This document shows positions 16,364 to 20,000 of a stretch of DNA of 20,000 nucleotides, in pieces (the stretch's first letter is position 1; every line of letters starts with the position of its first letter). Both the position numbers and the translations under genes were made by a program. A model generated the notes under the pieces. It was not told where the DNA came from. It made no database searches and worked only from the letters and a program-made list of their open reading frames with translations. The stretch comes from an uncultured virus (IMG/VR IMGVR_UViG_3300005512_000019) (taxonomy: Duplodnaviria > Heunggongvirae > Uroviricota > Caudoviricetes): IMG/VR virus record IMGVR_UViG_3300005512_000019; one strand, written 5' to 3'.

Positions 16364-16931
16364 CGGTCTCCTCCTTTGCTTTTGGGTGCGGTACGTTGTC
16401 TTGCCACTTCCTGTAGCGGGGACTCCGGGGCCGGGGCTCCTCCCCCATGCAGGTCCTCAGAATGTCTACCCAAGGCCCTTTCATGAAGTCGTGATTCATG
16501 TACTCCCGGAACCACTCAAAAAAGTCCGGGTCCGGCTCGGAGGCCGTCTTGGTCTTGTAGGTCCCCTGGGCGGGCGGGGGGTTGTCCTTCGCTCTGAAGT
16601 GATAGGTCCCCGTCCGATCCTTGGTCACATGGAGGTGAATAGTGCTGTCACCTCCGGGCTTCCCGCTGTCCACTCCAAAGTCCATATGGGGCATGGGGTC
16701 AGGGCCTTCATCCTCCGGGCTGATAGCGGGCTGTCCCTGCCATCCGGCCGGGGCCAGCTGTATCTCCGCCAGCTCGTAGCCCTCCGGCCCGATCTCCGCC
16801 AGCTCGTTGGCCAGCGCGTGTCCGAATATGCGGTGCATCACGGCCACCCCGATATACTGGGAATGGCGAGACCCGAGCTCAACGGCTCGGGCCTCACGTT
16901 TGGTCACCGCAATGACCAGTGGATAGGGCAT
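16332..16931 (-). CDS. Hypothetical protein (199 aa)
   Basis: TGATG coupling and AAGGAG RBS. Confidence 0.65.
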   Translation of the reverse strand: MPYPLVIAVTKREARAVELGSRHSQYIGVAVMHRIFGHALANELAEIGPEGYELAEIQLAPAGWQGQPAISPEDEGPDPMPHMDFGVDSGKPGGDSTIHLHVTKDRTGTYHFRAKDNPPPAQGTYKTKTASEPDPDFFEWFREYMNHDFMKGPWVDILRTCMGEEPRPRSPRYRKWQDNVPHPKAKEETDDHKPTEDTV

Positions 16932-17251
16932 CAGCCTTGCTCCTTCCCGCCCACGTTGTCAGTCCGCCGGAAGAGGTGCCAGCAAATGGCCTTGTCCGGC
17001 CGGAGGGCCTGGATGGTGGTGATGTACTCCCGTTGGAGCCCGCCCCCAACCTTGATCGGCTTCCCGGTGCTGTGGGCTTCAATGCAGTGAGTCTCTTTCT
17101 CCCCCACCCCTTTGGGGACCAACGCCCAGAGGACGGGTCCCGCTCCCGGCTGGGCGGCGGCGGTCAGAATCTGGGACCCCACGGGCAACTCCAATTGCTG
17201 GAGGGGCTCCAGGGTCAGTTTGTACTTCAGGATGTGAGCTGTGTTCGCCAT
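16931..17251 (-). CDS. Conserved phage hypothetical protein (106 aa)
   Basis: ILKYKL...LELPVGSQILTAAAQ...LWALV...TG...YITT...WHLF pattern, recalled from small phage proteins; AAGGAG RBS. Confidence 0.75.
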   Translation of the reverse strand: MANTAHILKYKLTLEPLQQLELPVGSQILTAAAQPGAGPVLWALVPKGVGEKETHCIEAHSTGKPIKVGGGLQREYITTIQALRPDKAICWHLFRRTDNVGGKEQG

Positions 17252-17284
17252 GATTGGCTCCTTCCCGGCCTCCCGGCCGTGCTG

Positions 17285-17989
17285 CTAGTTCCAGAGCTGC
17301 TGCCTGAGCTCCTCTACCCAACTGACCACGTACTCGGAGAACACCCGAGCCCGTGCCTCATTCCACTTCAACGGCTCCACCATCGCCAGCGGCTTGACGT
17401 TGGCCCGGACGGGGTTGCGGGACAGCCCCACAAGGAGGTTGTCTTTGGAGGTCTCCAGGACCCTGTACTTGTCATAATGCCCGCCAACGGCCGTCCAGAG
17501 GTCATAGATGCCCTTGAGCAGGTGCCACATGCAGTGCTCCATCGTCCACTCCTCCAGGTGGGCCGCAATCAGGTAGAAGGGGTTGTCAGCGTTCACCATC
17601 TCCCGAGCTTGGGTGATCCTCTCGTCAAGGCGGTCCCTGTGGAGGCGGAGGGCCTTGAGCATCTTGTCCTCCACCAGCTGGCAGGCAGCATAGTGAGCCT
17701 CCTCCTCCAGGAGGTCCTGGACCGTCTCCGGGCTGAGGGGCTTGGCGGGGAAGAAGGCCGCGCCCCCGTCCCCCGTATCCACATGAACCATCATGGTCCA
17801 CTCGGTGGTGTCCACGTTGGTTGCGCGGCATCCCGAGGGGTGGGACTCCACCTCCCAGGCCTCCTTGATCAGGGTGCGAATGTCTGACATCACGCTCCCC
17901 GGCCGGACGGCAAAGACCTCCTGCTTGAGGGGCACGGGGGTCTGGGCTCCGAAACTGAACAGCTTGACAGTGACTTCAATTGTGGACAT
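17285..17989 (-). CDS. Hypothetical protein (234 aa)
   Basis: AAGGAGGT RBS downstream of a promoter. Confidence 0.75.
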   Translation of the reverse strand: MSTIEVTVKLFSFGAQTPVPLKQEVFAVRPGSVMSDIRTLIKEAWEVESHPSGCRATNVDTTEWTMMVHVDTGDGGAAFFPAKPLSPETVQDLLEEEAHYAACQLVEDKMLKALRLHRDRLDERITQAREMVNADNPFYLIAAHLEEWTMEHCMWHLLKGIYDLWTAVGGHYDKYRVLETSKDNLLVGLSRNPVRANVKPLAMVEPLKWNEARARVFSEYVVSWVEELRQQLWN

Positions 17990-18012
17990 GACTGTACCTC
18001 CTTGGTTGGCCT

Positions 18013-18041
18013 ATCCTACTGGATGGGCGTGTTTCGTTCAA
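18013..18041 (-). promoter_or_regulatory. Sigma70-like promoter TTGAAC-N17-TAGGAT
   Basis: -35 at 18041-18036 and -10 at 18018-18013. Confidence 0.65.
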
Positions 18042-18238
18042 ATGGTGACCCTCCTCCATCCAAGGAGGATCATCCTGCCTTCATCGTAGGTCCCCGGAAG
18101 GGCCGAGACCGTGACCACGGTCCCGTCCCGATCCGCCGTGCCCCATCCATTCCGTAGTGAGTGGTGTTGGGCGTGGATTGCCTGGGAGAGGCTCCCAAAG
18201 TCCTTCCTCCAGGCCGTGATCCCGTAAACCTTGCTCAT
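18038..18238 (-). CDS. Hypothetical protein (66 aa)
   Basis: GGAGGT RBS; abuts the upstream stop. Confidence 0.65.
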   Translation of the reverse strand: MSKVYGITAWRKDFGSLSQAIHAQHHSLRNGWGTADRDGTVVTVSALPGTYDEGRMILLGWRRVTI

Positions 18239-18239
18239 C

Positions 18240-18827
18240 CTACCACCTCCCGGTGCGCATACACCTGTTCGTGCTAGCCGTCTGGCTCCCTACCTGGCTG
18301 CTGTAGCTCCGGCGGTCCCTGCGCCACTCTCGGGCTCTCCCTACGTGGGCCACTTCCCAGTCCACCCCAGCGTATCCGGGCTGGAGGCGGTCCACCATTG
18401 CGTAGGTGACGTGCTCAATGTCCCCGTTGCGGTTGAGGAGGAAGTAGCGGCGTGTCCAGTAGCCGTCCCGGCAGACCGCAAAGATGAGGACCGTGCTGTT
18501 GTCCGGGATGTCGTTGTACTTGATGGGGGTAGCCGTGAGGGGCTCCTTGGCCTTCCGGCAGGGGGCTGCGTAGAGCATGGAGCCTCCCCGCCCGATCCCC
18601 TCCGGGTTGTCGGAGACGTACCAGACCACGGTGAGGTCCCAGGTGCGCTTGGTCAGGGGGTTGAGGCTAGCCAGGTGGAAGTCCGGGTGGACCTCGTAGC
18701 CCAGGGCTTCAACGGCCTCCCGCACGGTGTCCAGGGCGGGATCGGTAGCGGGGGCGGGAGAGGCCGAGCTGGCGATGGTCCGGCCTCCCCACTCTGTCTT
18801 GATCTCGGTGATGAGGTAGTGGCTCAT
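18240..18827 (-). CDS. Hypothetical protein (195 aa)
   Basis: AAGGAG RBS. Confidence 0.7.
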   Translation of the reverse strand: MSHYLITEIKTEWGGRTIASSASPAPATDPALDTVREAVEALGYEVHPDFHLASLNPLTKRTWDLTVVWYVSDNPEGIGRGGSMLYAAPCRKAKEPLTATPIKYNDIPDNSTVLIFAVCRDGYWTRRYFLLNRNGDIEHVTYAMVDRLQPGYAGVDWEVAHVGRAREWRRDRRSYSSQVGSQTASTNRCMRTGRW

Positions 18828-18839
18828 GGCTTGCTCCTT

Positions 18840-19316
18840 TCAGACGGTCTTGGCGTTGTCGTCACGGATGTAGCGGCGGAGTCCTTCCCACCACTCGGGC
18901 TTCTCGGGCAGGCCCCACTCCAGCTGAGTGTTGATCCAGGCCGTCTCCACGTCCCCCCGGCCGTCCCAGCAACCGGAGTTGATCCAGAGGGCGATTGCGA
19001 TTGCGGCCCAGCGGCGGTTGAAGGCCACGTGGGCCTCCCCCTCCGGCCCCGATCCCTCGGTGACCACCATCAGGACCCAGCAGGGGGATGAGCCGTTGTA
19101 GCGGCAGTTGTTTGGGCTCCCGCAGATGCCCCGGTTGTACTCCCCGAGGGTGGAGGGCTGGACGTAGGCCCGAATGGGCTTGAGGCTCTGGTAGCCCCTT
19201 GCGTAGGCCTCCCGCTCCTCCAGGGAGGTCTTGGTTGCGTCGTGAAGGGCCGGGGGCCGTTTGTAGATGAAGTCCTGCCGGCCCTTGCTGAAGAAGTTGA
19301 GTGTGTTCGTGTCCAT
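18840..19316 (-). CDS. Hypothetical protein (158 aa)
   Basis: Preferred start ATG 19316 (MDTNTLN), with TAATG overlap and GGAGGT RBS. Confidence 0.65.
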   Translation of the reverse strand: MDTNTLNFFSKGRQDFIYKRPPALHDATKTSLEEREAYARGYQSLKPIRAYVQPSTLGEYNRGICGSPNNCRYNGSSPCWVLMVVTEGSGPEGEAHVAFNRRWAAIAIALWINSGCWDGRGDVETAWINTQLEWGLPEKPEWWEGLRRYIRDDNAKTV

Positions 19317-19732
19317 TAGCGTACCTCCTCCGCTGTCAATTCCCGGATCGTGTTGTTGAAGTAGTGCCCGCAGGCCGCGCAAACGTCAGCCCCGCCCGTC
19401 CCCGGAGCCCCGGCCCAGACGTAGGAGACCTGCTGGCTGAAGCACTTGGGGCACTGGTTCTTGACGCAGGTGGTGAAGCTGAAGACCCCCCGGCCGTCCT
19501 TGAACGTGGCCGTGTGGTAGATGCCTGTGCGGGTCTCCAGGGCGGTGTAGTCCACCAGGGTCCCGGCGGGCACCTCAATCCAGGAGGGCTCCTTCCAGCG
19601 GCGGTCCAGGGCCTCCAGCCCATCGTTGGCGTTGTTGGTCATGCGGAGGGGCCGATTGAGCCGGAGCTGGCCCGTGGTCTTGATCTGACTGTAGTCGTTT
19701 TCGGTCTGAACCTTGTTGATGATGCGCTGCAT
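19316..19732 (-). CDS. Hypothetical protein with a C-terminal Zn ribbon (138 aa)
   Basis: Start ATG 19732 (MQRIINK) after AGGAGG; CPKC...CAACGH. Confidence 0.7.
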   Translation of the reverse strand: MQRIINKVQTENDYSQIKTTGQLRLNRPLRMTNNANDGLEALDRRWKEPSWIEVPAGTLVDYTALETRTGIYHTATFKDGRGVFSFTTCVKNQCPKCFSQQVSYVWAGAPGTGGADVCAACGHYFNNTIRELTAEEVR

Positions 19733-19734
19733 GG

Positions 19735-19995
19735 TTAGTCCTCCTGCGCGTTGAGTGCTTCGATGCGGTCTGCGAGGGTCCTGAGCTCTGCGACCATGAT
19801 GGTCCTGAAAGGCCTCCCGTAGTTGAGCCACGAGCACATCCGGGAGAGGAGGGCCGAGGTGGTCTCCAGGATGTCATCCTGGAAGGAGGCTGCGTTGAGG
19901 TTCTTGGCGACTTGCGAGAGCTGCTTGAGAGCGGTCTCCCTAGCCTTCTGGCGGGCTTCTGTCCTGGCGAGTGCGGCTTTGGTCTGCTTGGTCAT
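19735..19995 (-). CDS. Hypothetical helical protein (86 aa)
   Basis: Co-directional ORF; TAACCATG junctions on both sides. Confidence 0.65.
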   Translation of the reverse strand: MTKQTKAALARTEARQKARETALKQLSQVAKNLNAASFQDDILETTSALLSRMCSWLNYGRPFRTIMVAELRTLADRIEALNAQED

Positions 19996-20000
19996 GGTTA

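Larger units (their letters stand above)
1..20000 (-). mobile_element. Bacteriophage/prophage genome segment (early genes, replication module, putative DNA-modification module)
   Basis: Single-strand dense gene array; many short hypothetical ORFs with strong RBS; TAATG/ATGA/GTGA/TGATG overlaps; phage-type initiator, helicase, primase, SNF2 and sigma factor; no housekeeping genes. No integrase or att site is visible, so phage versus prophage is undetermined. Confidence 0.9.

Noticed and set aside
98..19738. Long + strand ORFs (e.g. 15230..16486, 11264..12265, 16919..17887, 3700..4524)
   Set aside because: They lie antisense to well-supported minus-strand genes and show no recognisable motifs; typical shadow ORFs of GC-rich DNA.
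1..20000. Stop-codon reassignment
   Set aside because: Genes tile densely under the standard code, and TAA, TAG and TGA all terminate genes directly before the next RBS/start.

Overview
GC-rich (roughly 63-65% by eye) segment of a dsDNA phage or prophage. All credible genes lie on the minus strand, tightly packed, with Shine-Dalgarno sites and start/stop overlaps; the + strand ORFs look like antisense shadows. In transcription order (right to left) there are about 12 small hypothetical early-type genes, a ribbon-helix-helix protein and a sigma-70-like factor, an SNF2 helicase, and a stand-alone TopoVI-A/Spo11-like TOPRIM protein. These are followed by a DnaG-like primase, a lambda-O-like replication initiator carrying iteron-like repeats, and a DnaB-like helicase. 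Next come a monocistronic acidic/basic protein and a likely DNA-hypermodification block: an SPL-like radical SAM enzyme, a fold-type-II PLP enzyme, and a second, paralogous radical SAM gene at 1-751 that is missing from the ORF track and truncated by the window edge. Non-coding highlights are a promoter-driven ~115-nt structured RNA candidate inside the modification block, a family of related promoters, and the palindrome GGCTAGCC occurring 10 times although CTAG is otherwise rare. All calls come from motif recognition and manual counts; no database searches were run.
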